From the IMG/VR virus record IMGVR_UViG_3300020050_010385, positions 31,132 to 95,131 of that record: a DNA stretch of 64,000 bases. One strand, 5' to 3'. This stretch comes from a virus. Taxonomy: Duplodnaviria; Caudoviricetes. The position numbers and the translations under genes were made by a program. Under the pieces are notes generated by a model that saw only the letters and a list, made by a program, of their open reading frames with translations, did no database searches and was not told where the DNA came from. Positions 9,477-19,057 of this stretch are shown piece after piece (position 1 is the stretch's first letter; each line of letters starts with the position of its first letter).

Positions 9477-10644
9477 TCAGATAACAGCAGCAGGGATTCA
9501 AATCGAAACTTTCGAACAAATCGTATCGAATATCATTAATGGGACTTCCGATACCCCTGGTTTGATTCAGATTTACGGAGCCGATATTAATGTGGCTTCA
9601 AATTCCCCGGACGGGCAAGCGGTCAACATTTACGCTCTTTCAAAAATGGACATTTTGAATCTCTGCGTAGCTATCTACAATTCCATGGATCCTGATCAAG
9701 CTGTGGGGGTGTCCTTAGACCGCATTGCTCAAATTTCGGGGTTGACACGTAAACCTGGAACTTACACACAGGTAGACATTGACGTGGTAACCAACCAAAG
9801 CGTTAACCTAAATGGACTGGATACTTCCACCCCGTTTACTATCCAGGATTCCAACGGTAATTTATTCTACCTTATTACCTCAGCTTCTCTTTCTTCTGGA
9901 ACCACTAGCCTCAGTTTTCAATCTGCAGCAATCGGCTTTATCCAGGTATTAGCAAATACCTTAACAACTGCGGTAACGATCGTAGCAGGGGTAGTGAGTG
10001 TAAACAATCCAGCAGTTCCTACGCAGGTGGGTACGAATCAAGAGACCGACGCTAATTTCAGATTACGTCGACAAGCCTCCACTGCTTTCCCAGCACAGAG
10101 TTCTTTGAAGGCTCTTTTCTCAGGATTAAATTCTCTGGTAGGGGTAACCGAAGCGGTCGTATACGAGAACACTACCAACGCAGTTGACGCTGACGGGATC
10201 CCTGCGCACGGCATTTGGGTGGTAATGGACGGGGGAACAAACGCTGAAATCGGGGAAACCATTTATACTTATCGAAACTTGGGTATCCCGATGAAAGGGG
10301 CTGAGACTTACGTAGTGACTCAGATAGACAGTTCTACAATTACCATGCAATACGACAACGTGGTAAATGAAGACCTATACCTCGAAGCTACCTTGGTATC
10401 TTTGACAGGTTCAGCTATCGATCGTACCGCTATCAAAGCGGCTTTAGTAACGAATTATGTTTTAGGTATCTATGATACAGCTGACGTTTCAACTCTGAAT
10501 CAGCAAATTCGTGCTATAAATCCTGACGTAGTTTGTTCTGGTTTAGGGGTTTCCGATGACGGGATTGCTTGGGTAAATCTTTTAAGTCCTTCATCCAAAC
10601 AGAATAAATTTGTTCTATCAACCGCTAGAATAACCTTGAGCTAA
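9469..10644 (+). CDS. Baseplate J-like wedge protein, copy A
   Basis: SPDGQ, DPDQA.G..LD, G...ETDA.FR.R, VYEN.T...DADGIPAH.I motifs. Confidence 0.88.
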   Translation: MSNQITAAGIQIETFEQIVSNIINGTSDTPGLIQIYGADINVASNSPDGQAVNIYALSKMDILNLCVAIYNSMDPDQAVGVSLDRIAQISGLTRKPGTYTQVDIDVVTNQSVNLNGLDTSTPFTIQDSNGNLFYLITSASLSSGTTSLSFQSAAIGFIQVLANTLTTAVTIVAGVVSVNNPAVPTQVGTNQETDANFRLRRQASTAFPAQSSLKALFSGLNSLVGVTEAVVYENTTNAVDADGIPAHGIWVVMDGGTNAEIGETIYTYRNLGIPMKGAETYVVTQIDSSTITMQYDNVVNEDLYLEATLVSLTGSAIDRTAIKAALVTNYVLGIYDTADVSTLNQQIRAINPDVVCSGLGVSDDGIAWVNLLSPSSKQNKFVLSTARITLS

Positions 10645-10648
10645 GTCT

Positions 10649-11251
10649 ATGACCTTAAGTGAAGCTTTAGATTACTACGCAAACCAGTTAATAATTCAGT
10701 ACGCTAAACTACCAAAAGCAGAAGATACGATAAAGTGCTTGGTAAACAACGCCGTGTGCGATGGATTGGTTTTTTCTCTCCAGGACGCTTTTAACTTAGA
10801 TACGGCTTCTGGAGAACAACTCACTATTCTTGGAAGAATTGTGGGAGTCCCTAGAGAAATCTTTGGTTTAGACTTGACACACGAGTTTTTCAACTTTACC
10901 AGGTATTCTGGAGTTCCTGCTAGTTTTGGATTCAATCGATTCAGTACTCCAAACGATACGTATTATATTTCAAGATGGCAAACCACAGCTTCTTATACGA
11001 CAACTGATTTTGAGTTACTAGCCTTAATTAAAATTAAAATTATCGCTAACAATAATTATACCTCTTTAAAAACAATTAAAGAAGCTTTGTACGAAATTTT
11101 TGAAGGAGCAATTGACGTGGTAGATAATTTAGATTATACCATAACTTACAATCTTCAAAATCCGTATCACAACGTGGGAACTATCTGTGACTTTTTAGAC
11201 AACATACTACCGAAACCGATGGGCGTAGGTATCAATATTATCAATGTATAG
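10649..11251 (+). CDS. Baseplate protein (DUF2612/gpI-like), copy A
   Basis: FNLDTASG.QL..LGRIVG..R and LPKPMGV motifs. Confidence 0.8.
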   Translation: MTLSEALDYYANQLIIQYAKLPKAEDTIKCLVNNAVCDGLVFSLQDAFNLDTASGEQLTILGRIVGVPREIFGLDLTHEFFNFTRYSGVPASFGFNRFSTPNDTYYISRWQTTASYTTTDFELLALIKIKIIANNNYTSLKTIKEALYEIFEGAIDVVDNLDYTITYNLQNPYHNVGTICDFLDNILPKPMGVGINIINV

Positions 11252-11260
11252 GAGACTTGA

Positions 11261-12106
11261 ATGGCAAAACTAACCAGGAAAACCTTACTACAATTTGGTA
11301 GCACAGTAAATGCTGGGTCAGAAATTGGTCAGTTTGGTTCTTACGCTGCCCCAATTTACACTGCTGACATTGCTACCCTCCAAGCAGGTACTGCGTGGCC
11401 ACGAGGGTGGGCGGCTGAAACTGTTGCAACAAATCGACCGTTCCTTGAAGACATGAACGCCATTGACTATGTGTACGGTTACATGCTTTCTTACATTTTG
11501 CAAATGGGCATCCCTGAGTATGATTCAGCAACGACCTATTATATTGACAGCTTTGTGCAGGTAGCTGGACAAATCTATCAATCCTTGGCCGACAACAATA
11601 CCGGGAATACTCCTTCTTCTTCTCCAGCAAGTTGGCAACCTGGAATCGGATCTAAGAATACTGAAACCGCTGGTGTGGTTAAAATGTTTGCTGGATCAAT
11701 TGCTCCTACGGGTTACTTGATATGTAACGGTGCCGCAGTTAGTAGAGCTACGTATGCGGCGTTGTTTGCTATTTGTGGTACAACTTACGGGGCTGGAGAC
11801 GGTGCAACAACTTTCAATATTCCCGACTTGAGAGGGAATGTAGCAGTAGGGTATAAGGCGTCTGATTCTGATTTTGGTACGTTGGGCGCGAACCCTGGTG
11901 CAAAGACACATACTTTGATTACTGCAGAAATGCCAGCACACAGTCACTCTACCTGGTATGCTCATAACTCTGGAAGCGGTAGTGAATCTCCGGCAGGTGG
12001 TAGTAATACCAATAGACAAGACGCTTCTACTTCAACCGAAGGTGGTGGAGGAGCACACAATAATATCCAACCTTCATTGGTTCTTAATTACATCATCAAA
12101 ACTTAA
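11261..12106 (+). CDS. Tail fibre with small aromatic (CBM-like) module and tail-collar domain, copy A
   Basis: Q.GIPEYDS.TTY...W module; APTGYLICNGAAVSRATYAALFAICGTTYGAGDG.TTFNIPDLRG; HSH motif; HNNIQP.LVLNYIIK end. Confidence 0.85.
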   Translation: MAKLTRKTLLQFGSTVNAGSEIGQFGSYAAPIYTADIATLQAGTAWPRGWAAETVATNRPFLEDMNAIDYVYGYMLSYILQMGIPEYDSATTYYIDSFVQVAGQIYQSLADNNTGNTPSSSPASWQPGIGSKNTETAGVVKMFAGSIAPTGYLICNGAAVSRATYAALFAICGTTYGAGDGATTFNIPDLRGNVAVGYKASDSDFGTLGANPGAKTHTLITAEMPAHSHSTWYAHNSGSGSESPAGGSNTNRQDASTSTEGGGGAHNNIQPSLVLNYIIKT

Positions 12107-12115
12107 GGATCTTAT

Positions 12116-12487
12116 ATGCAGAATGATTGTGAAGTAGCTATCGATATCGTAAGAGGAACAGATTTTTATTTACCAATTATTTATATGGTAAGTGTAGAAT
12201 CGATCGGACTAAAATACCCAGTTAATATTACTGGGTACAGCGTGCAAATGCAGGTAAGACCAACGGTGGGTTCTACGGGTACACCACTAGTGAATATCTC
12301 TACGGCACTGGGTACAATTTTAATCGATGGACCAAGTGGAAAAATAGAATTACTAATCCCCAAAAGCGTAACCACTACTCTTCCAGTAGGAAGCTGGAGT
12401 TATGATGTTTTAGTAACAAACGTAAGTGGGTGGACAGAACAAATTATCTTTGGGACGGCTAATGTTATTGAAAGGACTACTAAATGA
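12116..12487 (+). CDS. Ig-like fibre adaptor protein, copy A
   Basis: I.RG.DF, P.NITGY...MQVR, G.I.L.I, YD motif pattern. Confidence 0.6.
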   Translation: MQNDCEVAIDIVRGTDFYLPIIYMVSVESIGLKYPVNITGYSVQMQVRPTVGSTGTPLVNISTALGTILIDGPSGKIELLIPKSVTTTLPVGSWSYDVLVTNVSGWTEQIIFGTANVIERTTK

Positions 12488-12999
12488 ATCCAGGAATAGT
12501 GCTACTACAACAGCAGAAAGTAATTGAGGCACTATCTCAATTCCCTATTTTACCCCAGTATCGAAACTTCTCGATTGTCGCTACTTCAGACGGACAAACG
12601 GATTTTGAACTTGACGACTACCCGGTATTGACGGGGATTATTTCCGTGAATATAAATGGGATAGCTCAGGATCCTTTAAACGGGGATTATACTATTTTGG
12701 ACAGTACCCTGACTGTAAGCCCTGGAAGAGACATCGGAGACAAGGTGGCTGGTTTTTATCAAGTCATGACTCCGGTGGTGGGGGCTAATGTTCTTAATTT
12801 TGCCTCGTATTATGAGTTGGTCGGCACAGCTGACAAGACCGTGTTCACGCTTTCTTTCCAGCCTAACCCTATTGTATATGTAGCAGTGAACGGAGTCGTA
12901 CAAGACAACTTAGACTATACAATAAACGGTTACACATTGACCTTGAACGTAGGATTAGATATAAACGATAAACTATATGTAGTCGGAATTAACAGCTAA
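12484..12999 (+). CDS. Fibre-associated protein with two internal beta repeats, copy A
   Basis: Two repeats of A..GQT.F.L...V.(I/V)NG..Q...DYTI....LT. Confidence 0.6.
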   Translation: MNPGIVLLQQQKVIEALSQFPILPQYRNFSIVATSDGQTDFELDDYPVLTGIISVNINGIAQDPLNGDYTILDSTLTVSPGRDIGDKVAGFYQVMTPVVGANVLNFASYYELVGTADKTVFTLSFQPNPIVYVAVNGVVQDNLDYTINGYTLTLNVGLDINDKLYVVGINS

Positions 13000-13009
13000 G
13001 GAGAAACAA

Positions 13010-15379
13010 ATGAAAAAATGGTTTTTAAGTTTACTTGCAATCCTACTTTCGTCGTCTTTAGCTTTTGCTGATACGAAAGTCCCGGCCAAGGACGTTACAG
13101 TTAATACGTCTACTTTCGGAGACAACATACCTGTCGACGCAAACACGGTTCAAAAGGCTCTTCAGGCTGTCAACGATGCCACCTTTGGTGGTACCCCAGC
13201 AGGTTCTACTGGGCAGTTTCAGTATAATAACGGAGGGATCTTTGCTGCCGGTAACATGCTTTACACGGACGGCACAAACATCGGGATTGGTAATGCTTCT
13301 CCTACCCAGAAACTGGACGTTACTGGAACTGTAAAAGCCACCACGTTCAGTGGTAGTGGTTCAGGGTTAACAGGTATTCCATTAAGTGGTGCGGTTACTG
13401 GTAATCTTCCCGTGGGTAATTTAAACAGCGGTACTTCCGCAAGTTCTTCAACTTTCTGGAGGGGGGATGGGACGTGGGCTGCACCTACAAGTAGCGGCGG
13501 AGCTATTGCTACGTATACGGTATGTGCCTCTAATAAAACCGCTACGTATAAGTGCGATTATACGGCGGACGGAACTGCGGATCAGGTAGAGATTAATGCT
13601 GCTATAGTTGCAGCTAATGCTCTTACGTACGGAGGAAAAGTATTTTTAACTGAAGGAAGTTTTAATATTTCTCAAAGTATAAAACCACTACCTAATGTGT
13701 GGGTTCAAGGCTCAGGTATGTTAGGTCAAACAACGTTGTTTGGTCTACAATCGCTAAATAATACGGGTATCTTTCAAAATTGGGATGGAACTGCTGGTTC
13801 TCCAACAAATAATATCCGTATAAGCGATATGAAAATGGTAGGAACCGATATGCGAAATGCTACGTATGGGGTATCTCAAAAAGGAATAAGTATAATTTAT
13901 TTAAACAATAGTAAAATTGATCATACTTGGATATATGATACTCCAGCTACGTGCTTAGCAACCGATCACGCTACTCGAACAGTTATTGACAATAATATTG
14001 TTGAAAGTTGTGGTAGTGCTGCTAGATCGATTGGCGGTCACGGTGTACCGCTGGGAAGTAATGGTATCGGATTTGGAACGAACGGTACTGGCATAGATGA
14101 AAATGTTATTATAACAAATAACCAGGCTGTAAATGTCTTATACGATGCAGGAATTCTTTTAGAAGAACAAACGGGATCTACTTCTCCGAATTATAATTTT
14201 GTTATTGCTAATAATACCACTTCAGGTTGTTTTGATGGCATTCGTATTAGTGGGACTTCCGGAGTAATTATTGCAAATAACACCGCAGTTAATAATAGTA
14301 ATGATGGAATAGTAGTTACTACGGGCACCTTTGTTAATCTTACGGTAAATGATTTCACAGTTACAGGAAACATAGTATTAAATAATACCCTTAATGGTGT
14401 TGAATTCCGTGGGTATTCAACAGATACAAATTCTCGAATAATCTTTACTAATAACATTGTGAGGAATAACGGAGGCTACGGTGTTAGAACAATGTTCAAT
14501 CGATCCCTCATCAGTGGAAATATTATTTCAGCCAACGGGTTAGAAGGCATCTACGCAGATTTAACCATTCTTCGGAACGTGGATAATGTAAATATTTCCA
14601 ATAATACCATTACCAACAATGGTACATTAGGAACAGCAGGAAGAAATGACGGGATTAATATCGTTATACCTGCTGGTAAAGCTATAAATGCTTTACAGAT
14701 TAAGAGCAATATCATCACCGATACTCAAACCACCCCTACTCAAAGATATGGTATTACTATTGACAACGCAGGATTACTATCTAACTTTGCTATGGATAAT
14801 AATTACTTAGCAGACAACAGTACAGGGGAGACTAATTTTACAAAGGTTCCTTTAGATCGAGTTATCTTAGCTGGCGGAGAAGGTATCTCTACTCTTGCTG
14901 GAGGGCTAAACGTTCCTACAACTGCGGATATTCAATCAGGGGGTTCAAGAATAAATTACAATTTAATTGGCTACGGTACAGGAACCGCTTACACACTTAC
15001 TAACGCTTCAGCATTTGTTGACATGGGTACCAGTGACCCCACCATGGTAATCGATAAAGCTGGAACATACACCCTTTCAGGGAGTGCTCAACTAAAGTAT
15101 AATGCGGTTACTTACGCGGCTGATCAGACAGCAAACTGTGTACTTTATCGTACCAACAATACCGCAGGAGCAGTTCCCTTAGCTACAAGTACTGTTAACC
15201 TAAGAATTATTGCTTCACCTATTACCGATAATGCTGGCACTATTACCTTACCCCCTGTTCTATACACCACAACAAATACAAGTGATCAAGTTCAGTTATG
15301 GTGTTCAGTATCAGCTACTCCAGGAGCAGGTAGTGTACAGGTTATTTCCGCTTGGGTAAGAGCACATAGAGAATTCTAA
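13010..15379 (+). CDS. Signal-peptide-bearing tailspike/adhesin with right-handed parallel beta-helix (allele A)
   Basis: [20 protein letters not shown]|DT leader; [13 protein letters not shown] motif; [14 protein letters not shown]...GGKVFL..G.F pectate-lyase-like start; many I.NN repeats. Confidence 0.75.
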   Translation: MKKWFLSLLAILLSSSLAFADTKVPAKDVTVNTSTFGDNIPVDANTVQKALQAVNDATFGGTPAGSTGQFQYNNGGIFAAGNMLYTDGTNIGIGNASPTQKLDVTGTVKATTFSGSGSGLTGIPLSGAVTGNLPVGNLNSGTSASSSTFWRGDGTWAAPTSSGGAIATYTVCASNKTATYKCDYTADGTADQVEINAAIVAANALTYGGKVFLTEGSFNISQSIKPLPNVWVQGSGMLGQTTLFGLQSLNNTGIFQNWDGTAGSPTNNIRISDMKMVGTDMRNATYGVSQKGISIIYLNNSKIDHTWIYDTPATCLATDHATRTVIDNNIVESCGSAARSIGGHGVPLGSNGIGFGTNGTGIDENVIITNNQAVNVLYDAGILLEEQTGSTSPNYNFVIANNTTSGCFDGIRISGTSGVIIANNTAVNNSNDGIVVTTGTFVNLTVNDFTVTGNIVLNNTLNGVEFRGYSTDTNSRIIFTNNIVRNNGGYGVRTMFNRSLISGNIISANGLEGIYADLTILRNVDNVNISNNTITNNGTLGTAGRNDGINIVIPAGKAINALQIKSNIITDTQTTPTQRYGITIDNAGLLSNFAMDNNYLADNSTGETNFTKVPLDRVILAGGEGISTLAGGLNVPTTADIQSGGSRINYNLIGYGTGTAYTLTNASAFVDMGTSDPTMVIDKAGTYTLSGSAQLKYNAVTYAADQTANCVLYRTNNTAGAVPLATSTVNLRIIASPITDNAGTITLPPVLYTTTNTSDQVQLWCSVSATPGAGSVQVISAWVRAHREF

Positions 15380-15410
15380 AAACTTATAAAAATATAAAGG
15401 AGATTATGCA

Positions 15411-16667
15411 ATGAAAAAATTAATATTACTACTACTACTAATCTTTGGGTTCTGCAGTAACGCTTTTGCTACAAAATTCATGTACAATTTCGGGTCAAAT
15501 ACTAATAATTCAGCTGACGTATCCTACTGGTATATCGACGGTATCGGAACATCTTCGGCTTTCGAAGCCCAAAGATTTATGCCTGTAGCTTTACCTGTAA
15601 AACTTAGTAACCTATCGGTAGTAACAACAATTGCTCCCACAGCAGGACAGGGAGTTATTTATACAGTATTCGTTAATGGTGTTGCAACAGCTTTAACGTG
15701 TACTATTCCTGATCTGCTTCTAGTATGTACTGATACTACGCATACCCTCTATCTGAATAAAAATGACAATGTTTCTATCTACGTTACAAAATCAGGGACT
15801 CCAACCTATGGTCCATTTGTAGGATATGTACAGGCTGAAATTGAAAATAATAACTATGACTCATTGGTGGGAAGTGGTGCAAATAATACGTCAGTGAGTA
15901 ATGCGGTAACTAATTACCTTGGGTTATTTACTGAGACCCCCTCAACAAGTGAAGCAGCCCACCAATTCGTCATTCCCTTAGATGGATATCTGTCTAAATT
16001 ATACGTTCAGCTCTCAGGAATTCCTGGAGCAGGAAAAAGCTATACTATTACTGTCAGAAAAAATGGAGCCGATACTGCTTTAACTATCCCAGTTGCAGAT
16101 AGTGCAACAACTAATGAAGATTTATTTAATAGAATAGCAGTATCTGCTGGTGATCTTATTGCGGTATCAGTGGTACCTTCAGGAACCCCCACAGCTAGAA
16201 TTGTATCATTTTCTGCTGTCTATACTTCTTCAATCTCGGGGTATTTTATTAAAGGTATGAACACGGGTTCTACCTCACTCTCCCCATCTTCCACTTACTA
16301 TACTGCCTTTGTAGGTACCATAGCCCCCACTACGTCAGGTCTAACGCAGAATGAACTTATCCCACCGAATCTTTACTTAAAAAGAATGTACGCCTATTTA
16401 GCCACTGCTCCTGACACGGGAGTAGGGACTCAAAGTTACGCAATTACCCTCAGAGATTCAACAGCTTCCAGTAACACCACAGCAACGTGTACTATATCCG
16501 ATATCGCTCAATCTTGTTTATTCAAATACCCAGTACCTTTACCTGCTACCGATATGCGAGCATCTTATAGTGCAGTTCCTTCTGGTACACCGGCAGCGTC
16601 AACCTTAACTGTAGGTGGAGCATTTACTCTAATCCCTCCTCAAGCATCTAATATTAAAGGTTACTAA
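15411..16667 (+). CDS. Signal-peptide-bearing beta-rich repeat protein (allele A)
   Basis: MKKLILLLLLIFGFCSNAFA|T; about three repeats of Y..TV..NG..TALTCTI......C.D; homolog of 62538..63806. Confidence 0.7.
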   Translation: MKKLILLLLLIFGFCSNAFATKFMYNFGSNTNNSADVSYWYIDGIGTSSAFEAQRFMPVALPVKLSNLSVVTTIAPTAGQGVIYTVFVNGVATALTCTIPDLLLVCTDTTHTLYLNKNDNVSIYVTKSGTPTYGPFVGYVQAEIENNNYDSLVGSGANNTSVSNAVTNYLGLFTETPSTSEAAHQFVIPLDGYLSKLYVQLSGIPGAGKSYTITVRKNGADTALTIPVADSATTNEDLFNRIAVSAGDLIAVSVVPSGTPTARIVSFSAVYTSSISGYFIKGMNTGSTSLSPSSTYYTAFVGTIAPTTSGLTQNELIPPNLYLKRMYAYLATAPDTGVGTQSYAITLRDSTASSNTTATCTISDIAQSCLFKYPVPLPATDMRASYSAVPSGTPAASTLTVGGAFTLIPPQASNIKGY

Positions 16668-16668
16668 T

Positions 16669-16845
16669 ATGATAGAAAACGTAGTCTTGACTATTCCTCC
16701 AGAAAAATACAAGTTCATGGTAAAGACCCTAGAATCCTTCAAGTCAGGAATACGTTTATTAAACCTAAATGCACTTTATAAACAAAGCCTAATAAAAGAA
16801 CTCCACACCATAGAGAGCATCATTAAAACTAATAGGAGTCAGTGA
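16669..16845 (+). CDS. Small hypothetical protein (58 aa; not in ORF track)
   Basis: MIENVVLTIPPEKYKF...TNRSQ*; the differences I found from the copy at 63808..63984 are all synonymous. Confidence 0.7.
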   Translation: MIENVVLTIPPEKYKFMVKTLESFKSGIRLLNLNALYKQSLIKELHTIESIIKTNRSQ

Positions 16846-17186
16846 TGGAATTCACTCAAGAATTTAAAGATGAAATGCTAAAGGAGATTAAAAATTTCAG
16901 AGTCCTACTCGTAGGTGACGGCACACTAGAAAATACTGGATTGATCGGTGTTGTAAAAGATCACGACAATTACGTCCGTGACGGTAAGAAGTGGCGGTGG
17001 GCGATTATTGGATTGATCGGATCCTTTGCCACGTACGTTGTCGGAGGGTTCATACTATACGGCAAAATGGAAGAACGAATTGAGTGGCACGACAAATATA
17101 TTAAATACTTTATTGACGAGAGAATGAATGCAAAAACACCAGTGCAACCCAATTACTATGACCCCCGAACAACTAAAAAACATTAA
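16845..17186 (+). CDS. Single-TM membrane protein of the lysis region
   Basis: TM segment WAIIGLIGSFATYVVGGFILY; AGGAG RBS. Confidence 0.6.
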   Translation: MEFTQEFKDEMLKEIKNFRVLLVGDGTLENTGLIGVVKDHDNYVRDGKKWRWAIIGLIGSFATYVVGGFILYGKMEERIEWHDKYIKYFIDERMNAKTPVQPNYYDPRTTKKH

Positions 17187-17325
17187 GGACTGTGTGAGGA
17201 AGATTGTGATACTGGAGAAAGCTATACAATTAAATAAACTCGAATTAGCCATTACTCTCATTGATCAGCTTAGGTTTGATTTAGGTCTACTAAATGAAGA
17301 AAGAAAACAAAGGAGACACGAATGA
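17128..17325 (+). CDS. Hypothetical protein (start uncertain)
   Basis: ORF fills the gap and couples (ATGA) to the next gene. Confidence 0.45.
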   Translation: MQKHQCNPITMTPEQLKNIKDCVRKIVILEKAIQLNKLELAITLIDQLRFDLGLLNEERKQRRHE

Positions 17326-17534
17326 ACTTGATTATCAAACTACTCAATCTTTTAAACGGCTACAAGACTTACCTAACAGCAACAGCTGCTGTTCTAACGG
17401 CTATCGTTGCCTACCTTAATCACGCTATCACAATCGAGGAGTTGCTCACAGCAGTCTTTACCGCTATCCAAAGTATGAACATTCGACACGCCATTACTAC
17501 AACCGTATCCAAAGCAACTGGAGAAAAACTATGA
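17322..17534 (+). CDS. Putative holin (70 aa, two hydrophobic segments)
   Basis: LNGYKTY motif, two TM-like stretches, charged C-terminus, AAGGAG RBS. Confidence 0.6.
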   Translation: MNLIIKLLNLLNGYKTYLTATAAVLTAIVAYLNHAITIEELLTAVFTAIQSMNIRHAITTTVSKATGEKL

Positions 17535-17704
17535 GGGATTTCATTCTAGTGATTTTAATGATGGGTATTATCGGCTGCACTTTTTCCAGACAAATGGAAG
17601 TCACGGCAACGGGTACGAATGTTGAGAGCATTTACGGTAGCGGTAGCTTGAACACTGGGTATAAATCTAACACAACCACGGGGTTCTTAAATGGAAGAAA
17701 TTAA
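17531..17704 (+). CDS. Small lipoprotein, spanin candidate (57 aa; not in ORF track)
   Basis: MRDFILVILMMGIIG|C lipobox; GGAGA RBS; overlaps the stop of the putative holin. Confidence 0.6.
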   Translation: MRDFILVILMMGIIGCTFSRQMEVTATGTNVESIYGSGSLNTGYKSNTTTGFLNGRN

Positions 17705-18251
17705 AGAGGGAAAAGTGTATACCGATCCTAGGAGATTCACCGAAGCTGATTTACCTTTAATTGTTTTAGCTGATGACCTAAGGGGGTTCATTGGTTACGC
17801 CATCAAGTCCCATACCAAAGGAAATTACAACCACGCCTTCATTATGCATCGTCCAGGTTTCTGTGTTTCCCAGGACTTCGGGGGGTTCAAAGAACACCCG
17901 ATCGATGTCTATCTTACGGAAGGGATGATGCTGAAATTCTGGAAAGTAAGAAACTTGACTCTGGTAGAAAAAAGTATTATCCTCTTGAACATTAAAAAGA
18001 GACTGGGAAGAAAGCGGTGGCAAAATAGCTATGACTTCCTAGGGGTTCTTGTTGGCCAGGTAACCCGACTCCGTTGGATCCAGAATCCTTTTCAAATGTT
18101 TTGCAGTGAGCAGGTAAGATGGGATTTCCTTAAACCCTTAGACCGAGCAATTAAGTTCATACGTCAGCAACCAAGTCCAGCTGACCTGGATGCTAGTTTC
18201 AAGCCAAACCCCAACGTGTTTATTCCCGCAGGGTATTGGTGGAGTGACTAA
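17691..18251 (+). CDS. Permuted papain-like NlpC/P60 (YiiX/YaeF-type) enzyme
   Basis: YNHAFI (His) precedes YDF and FCSEQV (Cys), the permuted order. Confidence 0.75.
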   Translation: MEEIKEGKVYTDPRRFTEADLPLIVLADDLRGFIGYAIKSHTKGNYNHAFIMHRPGFCVSQDFGGFKEHPIDVYLTEGMMLKFWKVRNLTLVEKSIILLNIKKRLGRKRWQNSYDFLGVLVGQVTRLRWIQNPFQMFCSEQVRWDFLKPLDRAIKFIRQQPSPADLDASFKPNPNVFIPAGYWWSD

Positions 18252-18296
18252 GATACCCCTGCCGTAATTGGTAGGGCGGTTGGTGAAAAAACGGAA

Positions 18297-18340
18297 GAAT
18301 AGCCTTCGACCTTGAGCAAGTTGGAGGCTATTTCTTTTTA
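18297..18340. terminator. Intrinsic terminator between convergent late (+) and early (-) units
   Basis: AATAGCCTTCGAC-loop-GTTGGAGGCTATT followed by TCTTTTT. Confidence 0.7.
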
Positions 18341-18718
18341 CTCAGTAATTTTATCTAAAGCCCGGAGTAGTTTATGCCTTAAAACAATCGGTAGATCTTT
18401 ATCCAGTAGACATCTCAATTCCAGTTCATTAAACGAGAGTGTAAAACGTTTTTTACGCTCTGATACAAATCCCGTTCTATGCAAGGTTGGTAATTTAAAA
18501 CGAGGGATTCCATCACTGTCGTCGTAACCATAAGTTTTACCAATAACCGCATATAGCTTAGGAAACATACTAACCTGTAATAATTGTCCACAACACTTTA
18601 CCCAACCAGTGGTATCGATACTATTGGGGAACCTCTGTAATGCACCAACTGGCCAAAGCTTACTTTGTGCCCCTATGGTATCGTTATATCTTATGTACCA
18701 ATCCCATTTATTTTCCAT
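18338..18718 (-). CDS. Stand-alone degenerate tail-collar-domain protein
   Basis: PVGA..F.....GWVKCCGQ.L....FPKLYAVIGKTYG.......FKLP.L; GAGGAGG RBS before ATG 18718. Confidence 0.7.
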   Translation of the reverse strand: MENKWDWYIRYNDTIGAQSKLWPVGALQRFPNSIDTTGWVKCCGQLLQVSMFPKLYAVIGKTYGYDDSDGIPRFKLPTLHRTGFVSERKKRFTLSFNELELRCLLDKDLPIVLRHKLLRALDKITE

Positions 18719-18923
18719 CTTGAACCTCCTCTTCGTTTGACCACTCATTATATCTTTCAATAAATATTTGTTCTCTCTTTACAGCCGCAGATCCTTCTTG
18801 GATTTTCTTAATTAAAAAAGCAATCAAGCAATAGATCCCGTAGATTAACCAGAATAATAACCCTAAAGCTATGCCTATAAGAATTGCTAAATTCACAGTT
18901 AGTGTTGGATTTGACTCAGGCAC
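18708..18923 (-). CDS. Small membrane protein
   Basis: Long hydrophobic segment; GTG start with AAGGA RBS. Confidence 0.55.
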   Translation of the reverse strand: MPESNPTLTVNLAILIGIALGLLFWLIYGIYCLIAFLIKKIQEGSAAVKREQIFIERYNEWSNEEEVQDGK

Positions 18924-19057
18924 TTGTTAGTTCCTTTCCGAATGACTCATGTTCATGTATTAGTGTTCCTCTCTTAGTCCTATAGAATGTATCATGACAA
19001 GTAAAAAGGGTACCGTCTTGATTAAACTTGTGATAACAAAAACTCCAGTAGACCATT

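Larger units (their letters stand above)
1..16861 (+). repeat. Copy A of a large diverged direct repeat (capsid-neck-tail-baseplate-fibre module); partner is 46706..64000
   Basis: Same gene order and near-identical proteins; offset 46705 nt at the start and about 47139 nt at the end; both copies extend beyond the window edges. Confidence 0.97.

Noticed and set aside
2454-12106. Extracellular contractile injection system or tailocin
   Set aside because: The tail genes are linked to capsid, portal, terminase and replication genes of a complete phage.
967-14457. Short antisense and alternate-frame ORFs in the track (e.g. 967..1152, 1922..2197, 7382..7729, 11696..12019; also 25740..26234, 38433..38960, 44933..45286)
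   Set aside because: They are shadows of well-supported genes, with no RBS or motifs. Their partial recurrence in copy B follows from conservation of the sense gene.
13010-16667. Diversity-generating retroelement or invertible shufflon acting on fibre genes
   Set aside because: No reverse transcriptase, no adenine-specific TR/VR pair, no invertase and no inverted cassette seen; the differences are whole-segment replacements.
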